DNA of 64,000 nt from Ancylonema sp. Taxonomy: Eukaryota. Location of the stretch: positions 1 to 64,000 of the forward strand of contig JBFLGF010000204.1 of the NCBI GenBank assembly GCA_050230475.1, given 5' to 3'. The notes under the pieces were generated by a model that made no database searches, was not told where the DNA came from, and saw only the letters and a program-made list of their open reading frames with translations. A program made the translations under genes and the position numbers. Of this stretch, positions 1 through 13,325 are shown one piece after another (the first letter of the stretch is position 1; each line of letters opens with the position of its first letter).

Positions 1-556
1 ACGACGCTCGATTTTGTCGCGATGCGAGAGCTTCGCATTGCAAATCGTGCGGCCGTCCCAGGTGGGTTTCAAGCTGTCCCGATTAATAGTAAACCAGAAC
101 CCTCCGTACGTCGTTTCAAACGTTATTTATTTCCTACAAGATGCCTCACCGTGTTTCAACTATCAAACCCGAAGCTGTATCAGTAAAGGTGTATACGGCG
201 GCGGAAAACCATGGTTGTTCACAAACACACAAATAACACGGACACGGACACGGACACGGCTTATTAGTTATTCCTCGAATTCGGACGCGCAACATATTTT
301 TACAGAAGGGCGACTTGTGCCGGAGTCTGCACCAGGCACTGACCTGCGGCACCCGAACTACTGTGTGGTATTTTAGGCCCAACGCAGGCGCTAACAGACC
401 TGCTGAAAGCTTCATGTTGGAATCTATGATTCCAGATCCTACCAGCTGTTATGCTCAATATTATAACCTCTCACACTAGCGACATCTGTATCATGAGCAA
501 CCCTTGAACGCGGAGTGTCTCTGTTGAGATTTTTGGTGCGGAACTGGGCAGCAATA

Positions 557-3500
557 ATGTTGCGTATGCGGCCCTGGTGGGTGCTCGTTTTTGCCACCAT
601 TTGTGCTTCCTTAGAAGGATTGCAACCAATTTTGTTATTGACGTGGATGCAACCATTTTTGGTTCTCGAATTCTTACACCGGAGTCGTACCTTTCAAGGC
701 CTGTGGACCCGTAGGATTGCGCTGACGTCGGCGGCTGTCGTTACACAGGCTTTTGGATACACGATATCCTATGCGGGACTGCTGAATAAACCAGATTTTA
801 CTTTTGGGGGAGTGGCACTCGTATTTTTAGCATCTTTGTTCGGCTGGTCGTTTTTAATCATTGCGTTCATCTGTGACGCGGCCTTTCGAAACGTGTATCC
901 GGCGGCGCGACTGAGTCAGCCGCTAGTTTTTCCTACCATTTGGACTGCTCTATGGCACTTAGCTGCACAGGTGAGAAATGTCCTTATCTTCGATGCCCTG
1001 AATTCGATGAACTGGAAACAAACAAGCCTGAAACTATCACATCACCTCACTATTTGCATCCAGGCCAGCCCGCAAATCTGTAAAGTCAAGATTAGAAAGC
1101 TTCTCACCACAATCAAATCCAGTAACTTCTGCTTTGCTGCGAAGTCGTGAATCATTGTTTGTTTTTAGAACAGAAACTTTCTCCAGAAGACTTGTGTCAT
1201 CAGGAGGCGTCATTGTGAGAGGAATGTCAGCTGCCATTATCATGTCTCGGCTTATGGCACTGCATACATTCTATAGCAAGCGTATCGACACTGAGTTGAA
1301 CTTTCTTCATGCCGCAGCTGTTGCCTCTTGGCACTATCGGGAATCCTGCCTATTCCCAGACAGGTCTCCGTCCGATGATCATGACAGCTGCTCTCCTGGG
1401 AGTCGACGGCATAAATTTTCTGATAGCGTGGACCGCGGCTGTTTGTCATGATGACCTGTTTCGCCGGGAGCAAGCGCGTGATGAGGGGCTGAACGTCCGG
1501 CAGTGGACATCTCTGGAGATCCCCTTGATCAGCCACGTGTATGGCTGTGGGGTAATCTTCTGCCTGACGATGCTGCTAGGGGGGGGGCGGGAGACCCTTC
1601 TCGGAGGAACTTTCTATCAACGCAATCTAGTGGAATATTTTCAGCCGGTGTTGCCAGCTGCTTGCATTCTGGGGGTGGAGTTGGAGGGCCTAAACCAGGA
1701 GCGCCTCTGGAATCAGACGGCCACGAGACTGACAGCTGGCGACGCGATTGTGTTATGGTCAGAGAAAGCTGCGGTGGTGAGGGGGGAGGAGGGCGAGGCA
1801 GAGCTACTCAGGAGAGCTGGCAGATTGGCGTCTGAATCATCCAGTGCTCGAATGGGACTGAGGTTCGTACACCTGAATGAACATCAGGCTACTGACGGAT
1901 CGGGTTCCAGGGCCACAATGGAGGAGCCCCCGAAAAGGTTTTGGACAAGGGGGGCACCAAGTGCTGGGAACCAGGGCGGTGTAGGGCAGAGTGGTGTGGG
2001 TAATGTGGGGATGTTGAGCACAGAGGAAAGGATTTTAGGTACCCCGTATTCTGTGAAGGGCGGCGATGGCCCGTATATCGGAGTGAGTTTCAAGAAGGAG
2101 ATGATGGAGGGAGGACCGCACGGCCGGCACTGGGCAGAAAGCAGGTTCTGTCTGGTGGGACCCACTGGGGAAGCTCTTTTCTGCTACAGCAAATCACACC
2201 CCTTCCTGTTCACGGAGCCAGAGGTTGTAGCAGGGCCGAAAACGCTGCAGGCTGTTCAAACCCCCTGGGGGATGATGGGCGCGGCTGTTTCGTCGGATTT
2301 GGATTTCCCCGGCTTCATGCGCCAAGCTGCAGTCAAAGGGTGAGGAAACAGGGCAGGGGGGGTAGGACTCAGGCTTAATTATGAACTTTCCATGCGGTAG
2401 GTTGACATATAAATTGCCCCTATTGTGGTTTTAGCAACGAGGAGGAGTCTGGTGTTTTGCGATTTTCTTGAGTTTCATTCCTTGAGCCACTACCATCTAT
2501 GGTTCTTACTGCTTGTGGATGGATGAGTAGCGGGATTTGTATTCCCCCCATGCAGCCTCATTGGAGCCCTTTACATTGTGAGACCAGATAGTGTGGTTTT
2601 ATATATAGCTTCTGCGACATGAATCAAAGGGATGGCAGGGAACTCCTTGAAGGTCACAATTTGTTTTTCTAATCGTCGATATCGAGATACTTTGGCCCTA
2701 AAGCAGAAACGGAAAAGCTGAAGTGTAATGCGAACGTCTCGCAACGTTGAGGAACAAGGGGAAAGTAGGGGGGGGGGAAGTTTGAGCACCATTCAGTAGC
2801 CATCCAAACATGGCTCACTTTAGTTTCGGGTCCACAATCGAAAAATCGATTTTTTCCCCCATACAGAGGCATAGGGGTGAAGGGAATACATTTACATGAA
2901 GAGAAGGGCACAGAGGGTTCATTACTAGGAGGGTATTTTGTTCCCGACATTGTTGTTTATCATAATGCCTTCTTAACTGACAGCGTTTTCTTAATAGTGT
3001 GCTTGACGCTTGTGTGGGGTCCACAGAGTGGACCTCCTGCTGGAGCCTTGTCAGAGTTGGGGACCGGTAGGGCCTTATCAGTACGATGTGCATGGAGTTC
3101 GGGCAGTTGAGAATGGGTTCACGCTCTTTCGTTGCACCAGCAATGGTATCTCCGGAGTCATCAGCCCGCTGTATCGAGTGCAATCATGGAGGTGGGAGGG
3201 AGGACAGGGGCTGGTGGGACAACTGCCGTATACGTACTAAGACTTGCACTTCGTTGCCATGCACGCTCTGGCTCTGTACCTCAAGGTTTCATTCAGGTGT
3301 GGCAATCCTCATCTTGCGCGCTTGAAGGTACTCGACCATTCCAGGAGACAAAGAGAGAAACTTATATGTACACCGATTCATGTTGAAGACATTGGGAATG
3401 GAGTGGCGCTGAACTTGAGTTGACCCCCCGAGTTGTGTTGGTGATACAGGGAGGGGTTGGAGTCTGGGGTGATCCGTGTGGACATCCCTACGGCGCATTA

Positions 3501-3948
3501 CATGTGGACCATGTACCCGACGATTGGCCACGTTTTCGGGTGGGTGGTCTCCTTCATGGCGATCGTGTACGGAATCCTGTGTTTAGGACCGTTCCAATTG
3601 GCTTTCGTCCCGTCCCTGGCCCTGCGAGGCTTCTTAGTGGGGCCTGGCATCCCCGAGCCAACAGCAACTCCACTTACCACTCATCCATCATATCGTGGGG
3701 AATGGAGCGACGGCCTTGGGAATTTGCCCGCTGAATTCCAAAATATGGGAGAGTATAGTTCTCAGTCTTTGGGTAATCAATATAATCGAAACAAAGGGCC
3801 GTTGCAATTTCCAAAGTTTGCACCCTCTTTCTCGTGTAGAGGATTTTTAGGATTTAGTGACCCCGAGCTTGCATCAAATTCAGGTACAGAGGAACAAGTA
3901 GAGCCGGCCCGAATCGATGAAAACAGTGGAAGCCATGAAAGTCGGTAG
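557..3948 (+). CDS. Apolipoprotein N-acyltransferase (Lnt)-like membrane carbon-nitrogen hydrolase; exons 557-970, 1318-2339, 3027-3191, 3450-3948
   Basis: GT-AG introns with matching phases (0, 2, 2). N-terminal hydrophobic helices, then 'LVFPTIWTALW', 'GTIGNPAYSQ' and 'LLGVDGINFLIAW'. Nitrilase-fold motifs follow: LWSE (Glu), YSKSHP (Lys), AVSSDLDFP (Cys position), 'VDLLLEPCQSW', 'VRAVENGFTLFRCTSNGISGVI', and a C-terminal 'TMYPTIGHVFGW' plus TM helix. Confidence 0.85.
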
Positions 3949-4203
3949 AGTCGTTTTCGAATAAAATCTGGTATTGACACCGTATTGGTCATTCACAGAT
4001 ACATTGGTGGTGATAAGGTAGTTTAGAGGGCCGTGGTCCTTCTAGGTGGAAGTTTCACTCGCGATACTTTTCATCTATAGTGTATTGTGTGGACGCACTT
4101 GCTGTATATACTTGATTCTTTAGTCATTTTCTGGGTGTGACATATTAGTATTAAATGTGTCCTTGCTGTATACCGTAAAGCAATAATTACTATGACTTGC
4201 ACT

Positions 4204-4966
4204 TAGAATGGGCACTCAACCGCCAACCGTTGGTTGGCCAACCGTATTTTTAACATGAACCTTGTCCACTTCCCCATTATAATAATAATGGCTCCATTCA
4301 TTCTATTAGTAGAGCCGGATAACACTCCCATAACCTTGGATTTTTGATCCGATCTGTCGCATTCATCGTTCAAAGAGTGTCAAGATGTTGTATTTTTTCG
4401 TCACGGCATCTAGAGCCGTCAATTCTCCCTCGGTGAATATAATCCACCGGTACATGCGAGCAAACATTCAAGAATGTTTATGTGATCAAACGGTCAAATC
4501 TTGACAAAGACAACTTTGTTCACTCCAAAATTGTCACGCTCATAGGGGTGTCAAACTATCTTTCAAGTCTATCTTTCAAAAGTTGAAGGCTACTGGAAGG
4601 GTCCGGATACACGTGCCAACCCCACGTTGAAAAAAACCAGTGTGCCAAATTTCACAATCACTATGATTCAAGAAACATGTGAGTACAACACACCATTCAC
4701 AATCGAGTGCTTACAACACTCGTACAATAGATGTCTACCCAGTCCCAATAAATTCAATGTTACCTTGCGATTTACGGAAGGCTACAAAGTAAGTGCCATT
4801 TCTTATTGTTTTTACTAAGTGTTGTCCAACCGTTCCAACCGCCGCCCTACCGTCCAACCGTCCTAGCAGCGGTTGTGCGGTTGGATGGCGGTTGGAAGGT
4901 TGGACGGTGGTTGCAACGGTTTGGAAACGGCTGGCGGGTGGCCAACCGCAAACCGATAGGATTCTA
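4204..4966. mobile_element. Putative non-autonomous DNA transposon with CAACCG/CGGTTG subterminal repeats
   Basis: Termini TAGAAT...ATTCTA, with clusters of CAACCG/CGGTTG near both ends. No convincing TSD. Confidence 0.4.
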
Positions 4967-5859
4967 TTGCAAGGTTGCAAATTAAGCTATATTCAACCAT
5001 TTAAAAATTCGGGCGATTTGAATTACGCGTATTGTCAAGAAACATGCATTTTTTCTCACGGTCCCCACGGCGCCCTTTCGATCACCGCGCGCAACTAGAG
5101 ACAATGAAGATTGATATTGCTAACCCTAACTATTGAATATTAAATTAACCTTAGTAAGACATCGCTGAAAAAAGTGCCCCGATATTTTTCAAATTCATAC
5201 GGTCAATATAAGAAATCTAGAAAAGTTGAGGAAAATGTTTCTTATCACGACTACTTATAAAATAGTATATACAAAATTGTATATAGGAAAACTTGAGAAA
5301 TCATTCTCATAACGAGGTTTGGATACTTGGATCCAGGTCGACCAATCTTTGGACGTCCGGTAATATTGTTTGTACATGTTGACGTGCAACACCCGAATCG
5401 AAGGACTTGAGAAACTTTCGTGGTGATACAAGCTTTCGTGGATACAAAATCACCTTGTAAATAATTCGTGAGAGGCGGTTGTCATAACTTATGTTGGGAA
5501 TTCAATCAACAAGTATTGATTGAAGCATACTATTTAGTTAAAAAATGACTATATAGAGGGGTTTTTCTCCATGTAAGAACACGTAGTAAACATCGTGAAT
5601 TCTCGTTTCTTGTAATTTGGTTTCCTATGCTTACACCGGGGGAGTTTGCGGGATTCAAAATATGCCGAGAGAAAAGAACGGGAAGTTTATTTTCAAAAAG
5701 TTTATTGTATCGGGGTTTGAGTGCATACTTATTCCCGGAAGATATGGATAAGTTGGTAAGGGGTACACTTAATCATGTTTTTAACCTTGTAAATGCCCCC
5801 GGTAGATTTAGGGGCTAATAATATATCATAATTGAGCATTGGTGTCTTCACCATATATA

Positions 5860-6443
5860 CATAATTGCACAAAAACGGCAAAAATGCATGCAAACACCGT
5901 ATTGCAAACACGTCCGTCATTTGCACCCGCGGACAAGGAAATTTGCGAGCGACGTTTGCAAAACGTCTTCATTTGCAAACGGTTTGCAAACGTTCGAGTT
6001 TGTAAAAGCCTTCATAACTACTTCAATTGAAAAAGCTCATGCCTCAACTAATTCCTTGAGACTTTGATATATAAAGCATGATGGGTATTGCATTGAAAAA
6101 GAATAGTCCACTAGGGTGAATCTTCCCTAAGACTATCCATCACCAATCTGCAGCTAGTATTTGCAGCTACACCATCACTACAATGCTCTCTAGCAATTTA
6201 ATAAAAGCAATAATCAAGGAACTATTTCGCACAACATGGTGTTAGGAAAGAGGGTTAAAGGGTTGTGAAGGGTTATTGGATTTAGTGAGAACAATTAAAA
6301 GCAATAAAAAAATATACACGCAAATGTTTGCTATTGCAATGGTTTGCATCCGTACACGTTTGCCGCATTCCCGGACGTATTTCGGACGTTTGCGATCGCA
6401 AACGTGCCGTCCGGAGTACCGGCCCCATCCCGGTGCAACTATG
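5860..6443. mobile_element. hAT-type MITE
   Basis: TIR CATAATTGCAC / GTGCAACTATG. 8-bp TSD CATATATA / CATAGATA (7 of 8 match). Inverted GCAAAC/GTTTGC subterminal repeats. Confidence 0.7.
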
Positions 6444-7580
6444 CATAGATATATACGAACGTCAAACATTCCGCTGAGTGGACGCTCACGTTCGGTGCCG
6501 AACGCGTTTGGATGACGTTCGGAGGGCGGGAATATTTAGGATTTTCAGGATTCTCGCAATTCCTGCTTTATAAACTTCACAAACATCGAAGTTGAAAAAT
6601 ATAAAAGTTTCAGTATGATATAAAATCCCTTTTCTACAATATAAACAAGCAACATGGGGAAAATTATATGGAATTTACAATCTATGGTGTGTTGAAAGTG
6701 GAATTTGAAATCCCCGAAACGGCGCCTGCCCGTGGACGCTCGCGGTCGGGCTTGAACGCGCTTGGAGAAGTTCGGGAGTGGCCCCACCTGGTAGAGTAAA
6801 ACATGTCTATACGACTGATGTCGGGACCGAACATGTCTCGTTTATTATTTTAGACATGTTATAAGCTGAGAGAGGATCGATTTCAAATGTTTTGAACAAC
6901 TTTTCTTGTGAATCCGAGAGATAACATATTACTATCGAGCTCGGTATCAATCCAGAAGTACATTTTCACATAGTGATTGGTGATTGGTCAGTCGACGGGA
7001 CATAAGCATATAGATACGTGCTCCCTCGTAATAACGACCTAAATTGTATTTATAAAAATGTTCTTATATAGAGGTGTAAGGACAGTATAAGGACATTTAC
7101 TACTGGATTTCTGAAATGTGTGTCGTTGTATCGAGAGACTTCGTGAATGAAGCAAAGTGAATAACCATATGTGATGCTTCGATGTTGCCTAAAATAAGTT
7201 GACTCATGATCATCATCGAATTCAACGTTTGTCGTGATACAAGCTGGACAACAACGTAATGAGACCAATACATGGCGATTAGCAATTTATATTCAAATAA
7301 CGTTACGAGGAAAGTTGGGGAAGGACCAAGAGTCGTACGAAGTGACAAAGTACTCGTATATCTATGTAGTAAACACTTTGCCCATAAATAACAAGTACAA
7401 TTTTTGATAGATCGTTTTTAGGCTATCTCCATACATCGTTATTTCCGAGAAATAACGTTGTGTACACTACATTCGGTACACACACTACATTCGGTATGAA
7501 ATTAGTATCATAATTTCTCTTAATATAGAGTGTCGCTATGTTTATACCGAGAGCGATTTTATGATGATTTTAAGATACCT

Positions 7581-8071
7581 TACTGGCCAACTTTAATACC
7601 CCACCCCTTTCCCCATACAATATATTTGATTACGCCCCACCCCCTTACCCCAGCCAAAATTGTTGCCAAAGTACCCCACGGCCTTACCCAAGCCCAGTTT
7701 TGTGGCAATTAATTACATTGCCCCACCGAATTTATACCATAACCCGGCAATGGTTTTGTATTTATTTTTGGACCGTAAATGGACACATAAGCATCTATCC
7801 AGTAAAGCCTATAATAGGTGAAAACCGCACATCGAAAATTCAATTGCGCCCATAATCTTGACCCCGGCAAAAAATCCAGTTTTTCAGAGCTTGCCGCTAC
7901 TATAACCCCGGCAAACACCCCTAAAGTCCCACGGTTAGGATAACACCCCACAAGTCCCGAAAACGAATTACGAACCTAATAAATACCCCAACATCGAAAA
8001 GATTGAACTGATTTACTTGCCAAACCCCAGCCACAAATAATTAATTAGTGGGGTATTAAAGTTGGCCAGTG
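7581..8071. mobile_element. MITE with ~22-bp TIRs nested in a family-A element
   Basis: ACTGGCCAACTTTAATACCCCA at 7582 and its exact reverse complement ending at 8070. TSD not resolved. Confidence 0.75.
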
Positions 8072-8117
8072 CAGTAGTTAAAAAAAATGTCATAATGTCG
8101 AGATTTTCCTTATCGAG

Positions 8118-8499
8118 TGTTAGGACTCTCTCTGTTGTTCCTAGGGTTACCCTAGAGAGTGCCCTAACCTTTGCTAGCTCTTAGCTATTGATCCCGGTCG
8201 CCTAGTAATTAGGCCCTATTTAGGTTATTAGACCTCATCATTAGTTAGACCTTTCTTAGGCCCTAACTTCCATCTTGTTCTTATATCGAGTTAGCGTTCA
8301 GTTTCTTTTATATGGAGTTTAGTTCCGATCCTAGATTCAAAGTAGTATTTATACCATTCAGGAGTGCTCATTATGCACTCTGATCAATTCATGTACTCCT
8401 TCATATCATACTTGCACTTTCAACCCTTCCAGTATGTATTTGTGTTTGTGAATGAGCGCTTTCCTATAAGCTAGAGCCGCCGCTAATGCGACTCTAACA
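8118..8499. mobile_element. Solo LTR (382 bp)
   Basis: Inverted termini TGTTAG...CTAACA, with 5-bp flanks TCGAG / TAGAG (4 of 5 match). Confidence 0.65.
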
Positions 8500-8573
8500 T
8501 AGAGAGTGTCGTTATAAACACGAAGAATCGTACAAGCGGGTTTCATTCGTTTATTATTTCCGAGCTCTTTTTA

Positions 8574-9514
8574 CAATGCTCCCTCCATATAACGACCCTC
8601 TTTATTAAGACAACCTCGATGTAAGGACCACAATTTGGAACTTTAATAAAATCAACATACAATCGCCGTCGATCTAAGCATAACGTCACTCTGTATGAAG
8701 ACATCTTATTTCACAAATATGTCACCGAATTTCCTTATAGTGTGTAACGATGGACCGCCGAGGTGTGGAACGCTAATCTTGCATATAACGATGTAAAGAA
8801 GTCGAGAAAAATATGGAATCCAAGAATTCACAAAACAATGTCGATGCAAGTGATGAAATTATGGGTGCAAAATAACATTCATCGTTTTTGTCATGGAGCT
8901 TAGAGTCGAATCATCTCAACATTAGTATGTGTGCACGTTTGTTATGCCATATTAAAAATTGTTGGTGACAATCTTGTGTTTTTGTTTTCATTCAAGAAAA
9001 TGATAGCAAAGGATTTGGATGAATCTCGTTTGTTGGAATGTGTATTTAAAATTTATTTTGTTTGCGGTTCACAACTTGGAACTAATATATTTCTCTTCAT
9101 GACAAGTATTTCGTTCCAAAAATTATCCATGTTGTTCATGACCATTGTGTGTACTCCATGCCCAACAAACAAGAGTACAAGAGTACTTTGTTGCTTCGTA
9201 CGACCTTAATACTTCCCCAACTCTTCTCGTTAAGTTGTTTGAATACATTTTGCTAGTCGCAAGGTATTGGTCTCATTACGCACTTGTGTAGATTGCATCA
9301 CAACATACACGCTGAATTGACGATGCGAAGGCAACATACTCTAGGCAACATGTAAACAACATGAGTTAATTGACTTTGCTTCATTCACGAAGTTCCTCGA
9401 TACAAGGACACACATTTTGAAATTCAGTGGTGAATGTTCTTGTACAGTGTATAAAAACACCTCGATGCATGGAAAATTTTGGTGTTTCCCCCCCCTTGTA
9501 TCGAGGGAGCACTT
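8574..9514. mobile_element. Family-A pogo/Tigger-like non-autonomous element
   Basis: TA then CAATGCTCCCTC ... GAGGGAGCACT. Homologous to 27350-28273 and 31703-32614 in the opposite orientation. Confidence 0.7.
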
Positions 9515-9587
9515 CTCCTCCCCCCGCCCCATTTTTACCCCTAATTTTTATAAATATTGCGTGCGGACACGTACAGATTTAAACGAT

Positions 9588-10192
9588 GGGAATCGTTGGC
9601 AACACTCCAGTTTTGACTAGCAACACTCCAGGCAAGTATTTTTGCCGGCGTCGGGTGGGCCGGCTGCTTAATTAGCCGGTCATTCGTTAAGCTCCCGCCG
9701 TAGCGCGAATCAGGTCTCTACGGCCCCTCGCTACGGCCCACGGCCCACGGCTCACAACCCCGAAAAAACACGGTGGATCGCACCCACTGGTATCGGTAGG
9801 TGGATTCCGCAGGTGTAACGGACGCGTGAGCTTGCTCACGCGATACACATGAGATACAGGCAAGTATATCGTACGTAGGAGTTTGCTCACGCGTCCGATG
9901 CACGTGCGTATTACGCATCTGACACGCGAGCTCACTCGTAAAACACACTCGCCTGTGTCACACGCACGTGTATCGCGGACGCAAGCTCACGAAACACGCG
10001 TGTGCGACATCCACTGGCCGAAACCAGTGGGTGCGATCCACCGGTTTTTTTCGGGGTTGTGAGCCGTGGGCCGTGGGCATAATTCACGCTACAGCGGGAA
10101 CTTATCGAATGACCGGCTATTTAAGAAGCCGGCCCACCTGACGCCGGCAAATAAACTTGCCGGGAGTGTTGCTAGTCAAAACTGTGATTCCC
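9588..10192. mobile_element. Mutator-like (MULE) foldback element
   Basis: Perfect 9-bp TSD TTAAACGAT (9579-9587, 10193-10201). Termini GGGAATC...GATTCCC, with ~180-210-bp imperfect inverted arms. Confidence 0.85.
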
Positions 10193-10201
10193 TTAAACGA
10201 T

Positions 10202-13200
10202 ACTACACTTTGCGATCCTACTGCCACAGGATTGTGCCAGCCCCGCCTATATCGGAAGATCCCTTATGCCATTCGGGTAGAAGTCCAGCGCGGTTTTGTG
10301 CTTCCGCTCCGTCGCTTGAGGGATGACCCTGGGGATATTGTTGCGGGGAAGGTATTTTTGATGTTCCCTGTTTGGTGCCTTCCCCTCCCACACCACGGGG
10401 GTCAGGCTGGCCATAGGGAAACGAGGCGACGTATTACTCGATTTCTTGGGGGGGATTGGTAATCGCTGCATCATGAGCATATTGCTCGCTGTACCCCGCC
10501 CCCTCAGGAGAGAGGCAGCAGCGGAGGGGGGGGGGCGGGGGAGGGGACGGATGGTGGGAGGAGGGAGGGGGGAAGAAGTGGGGGCGTCGGAGGCACAGTT
10601 GGGGAAGGTGGAGGGGGTGGGGGGAATCTTAAACGTGCGCTTCTTTTGGGAAGGAGTGGTGAGCTCTCGCGGTCAGCTCGGGGCCCTAGTGTCACAACCT
10701 CTAGCGCGTGGGACGGAAGAGACTGTGGCACAACCCCATTGCCCTACTTGCACCCCATTGCCCCGGCTGCTCTCCCAGATTTTGTTGGGGATTTTAGGCC
10801 TCCCGACGATTTCATTCTCGAGAGGGACTCATTCGTTGTGGCGTTGCGAGGGGCCCCAAGCCATTTTGCTGCAGGGTTGTCTGGAATGGTGTTTGAACAT
10901 TTTCGTGACGTTCTCGATCCGGATGACTCTGCTAGTGGTTTTGACCTCTTGTTCCTCGTGGCTGCTCATGTTGCGAGGGGTCGCATTCCGGCGTCTATTT
11001 ATCATCTATTGGGGGCATCTCGGTTGGTGGCGTTGGATAAGGGTGGCGGGGCGGTACGTCCCCTTGCTGTGGGGGAGGGGTTTTATCGTTTGATCAGCCG
11101 TGCAATATGCCTTCAGATCCGGGAGGCGCTTCACGACTTTCGAATGGCAGTACGGCTTTGCTTTTAAAGGGGGGTGTGAGATGGTAATCTGGGGGGTGCG
11201 ACTTCTTTTGGAAGCGCCCATCTTGGGGTGTCATACAGGTGGACGTGAAGAACGCATTCAACACCATCAACCGCCAGGCGTTCTTTGAGGAGCTTCGTGA
11301 TTGGGGGGGGGGGTTGAGTAGTTTGTTCCCGTTTGTGCGAGCTTTTTATGGGGGGTCTTCCCCCTTATTCTTCCGTGCTCGTGATTTGGCGGGGGGGGAG
11401 GAGGTAGTGGAGTTGGCGTCTTCGACCGGGACTCGTCAGAGGGATCCCCTTGGAGGGGTATTGTTCGCCTTCGGACACCAGCAGGCTCTTCGATCCACCG
11501 CAGCGGCGTTTCCGGACTGCGCCTTCCCTTCAAATTGCAGATGACACCCATATCGTGGGGTCCCCTCCCCATGTGGTGGAGGCTTTTATTATTTTTGGGG
11601 AGGAGCTTTCAAAACTCGGTCTTTCCGTGCAGCCGTCCAAGTGTGTGGCATGGTCACCATCTGGTCGGGAGGTGTTTTCCGATTCTTCCGGAGGGGTGCT
11701 CTTACTTATGCTACAGATGGCCATTCGTGTGTTGGGGGCGCCTTTTGGGACCGAACGGAACGAGTTTGTGCGAGGCTTCCTGGCAGCTGCGTTGGAGGAA
11801 GAAGATACGCGGGGTCTTCAACAATTATGCCTCCTTGAGGGGATCCGCAGGTGGCCCTCCGCCTACTTTACGGAGGTGTTTGCTGGTCGACCATCGTATC
11901 TGCTGCGTACTTGCCACCCTACTTCTTCCTTCCTCAACCAGCTCAGGGAATACGATGCGACGTCGTGGAGGGTTGTAGAGGCAGATCTATTGGGCGGGGT
12001 GGTTGGTTGCACTTCGGACCATATTGGTTTGTCGCGTGACCAAGCTTGTTTGCCGATCGCCCGGGGGGGCGTGGGTTTGGTTCGTACTACTCGGGTTCTT
12101 GCCTCAGCTGCTTTTATTGGCTCTTATGCTCTCGCCGCGCCTGCACTCGCATCAACTCAGCCAGCTTTCCAGCAGCACGGTTTATCAGTCGGCCCGTTTT
12201 TCAGCACTGTGGACGAGGGAGGTCTACGAACAATCGTGCTTCGAGAAGCGCGAGAGCTTCTTCACCCAACAAACAGCACGCGCGGCAGTGCCTCCATATG
12301 CCACGCCGTGGCTTCTATTCCTCACTTGCAACCAACACTTGATGCTACCCACGCTGCTGCGTTTGAGGTGCTTGTGGCGAGCACCGATCTCGCGACAACC
12401 AGGGCGAGGCTTCGGTCCGCCAGTGGACCCAGTTCGGGTCATTGGCTACAGGCGTCCCCCATCATTCCCTCCCTTCGTATCCCCCCACCCCTATTCCTTA
12501 CTGCCGTGCGCCTGCGCCTCGGGTTTCCCCACACCCTTGCCTTGCTACCTATGATACGTGCGCGTGCGGCACCTCTATGGACGCCCTGAGTACGCATCTT
12601 ATGCGCTGCATTCGAGGGGGGGAGCGCACTTCATCTCATGACTCGGTGCGAGATTCCGTATATCACATTCCTCCGCGAGTCGGGTCAGCATGCATGCTCA
12701 ACGTGAACGTACGGGGTTTCTTCCGTCCTCCGCTCCCGGGCGGTCGTGGGGGGCCGAGTGGATATTTGTTAATTTCGGATTTTGGTGGAGGGGCATATTT
12801 TGGTGGATGTTGGTCATTGTTGACCCCACGCGGCGTGACTTGGTGGATCGCGCGGCTTGTCGAGGGTTGGTGGCAGATGCAGAACGGCGCGAAGAAACCC
12901 ACTATCGTGATCGCGCGGCAGGGACCAAGTTTATCCCGTTTGCGTTAGAGACGTACGGTGCGCTTTCCGATGCAAGCAATCGGTTATTGGTGGATTGTGA
13001 TTGTGCTCACCGTGCGGCGCAACTGAATACTCAATGGGCGATCGGGACGGAATGTTAGTTTGTTAGTTACTTGGTTTCGGCAGAGAGTTTGTGTTGCTTT
13101 ACAACGTTCTCTAGCACATGCAATCCATGCTAGGACGTTGCGATTGCAAGAGGGTATGGCTCTATTACCTCCCCCCCCTCCGCGGGTGTTATTGTCGTCA

Positions 13201-13325
13201 GTAGAGTGAAGGACTCGGTTGTTTTAGGGTTGGGGTTGTTTTCCTTCTTCTGTTCCGTTTCCGTTAGGTTGGTACGATAACGTTGGTGTTGTACTCAGAT
13301 GGGGTTCCCATCGTGCTTGAATAAA
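10202..13325 (+). mobile_element. Degenerate CRE-clade non-LTR retrotransposon (RT + CCHC + restriction-like endonuclease)
   Basis: Frameshifted RT motifs 'GGAVRPLAVGE', 'DVKNAFNTINR', 'GTRQRDPLGG', 'ADDT' and 'LPIARGGVG'. Knuckle 'CACG...HLMRC...HDSVRD', endonuclease segment 'IVDP...FIPFALETYG', and AATAAAA at the 3' end. Confidence 0.85.

Larger units (their letters stand above)
7016..8512. mobile_element. Family-A pogo/Tigger-like non-autonomous element, interrupted by a MITE (7581-8071) and a solo LTR (8118-8499)
   Basis: Begins GTGCTCCCTCG and shares internal sequence with the copies at 8574, 27350, 31703 and 32619. Confidence 0.6.

Noticed and set aside
13218..13240. TTTTAGGG telomere-like motif
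   Set aside because: Single unit within the T/G-rich CRE 3' UTR.
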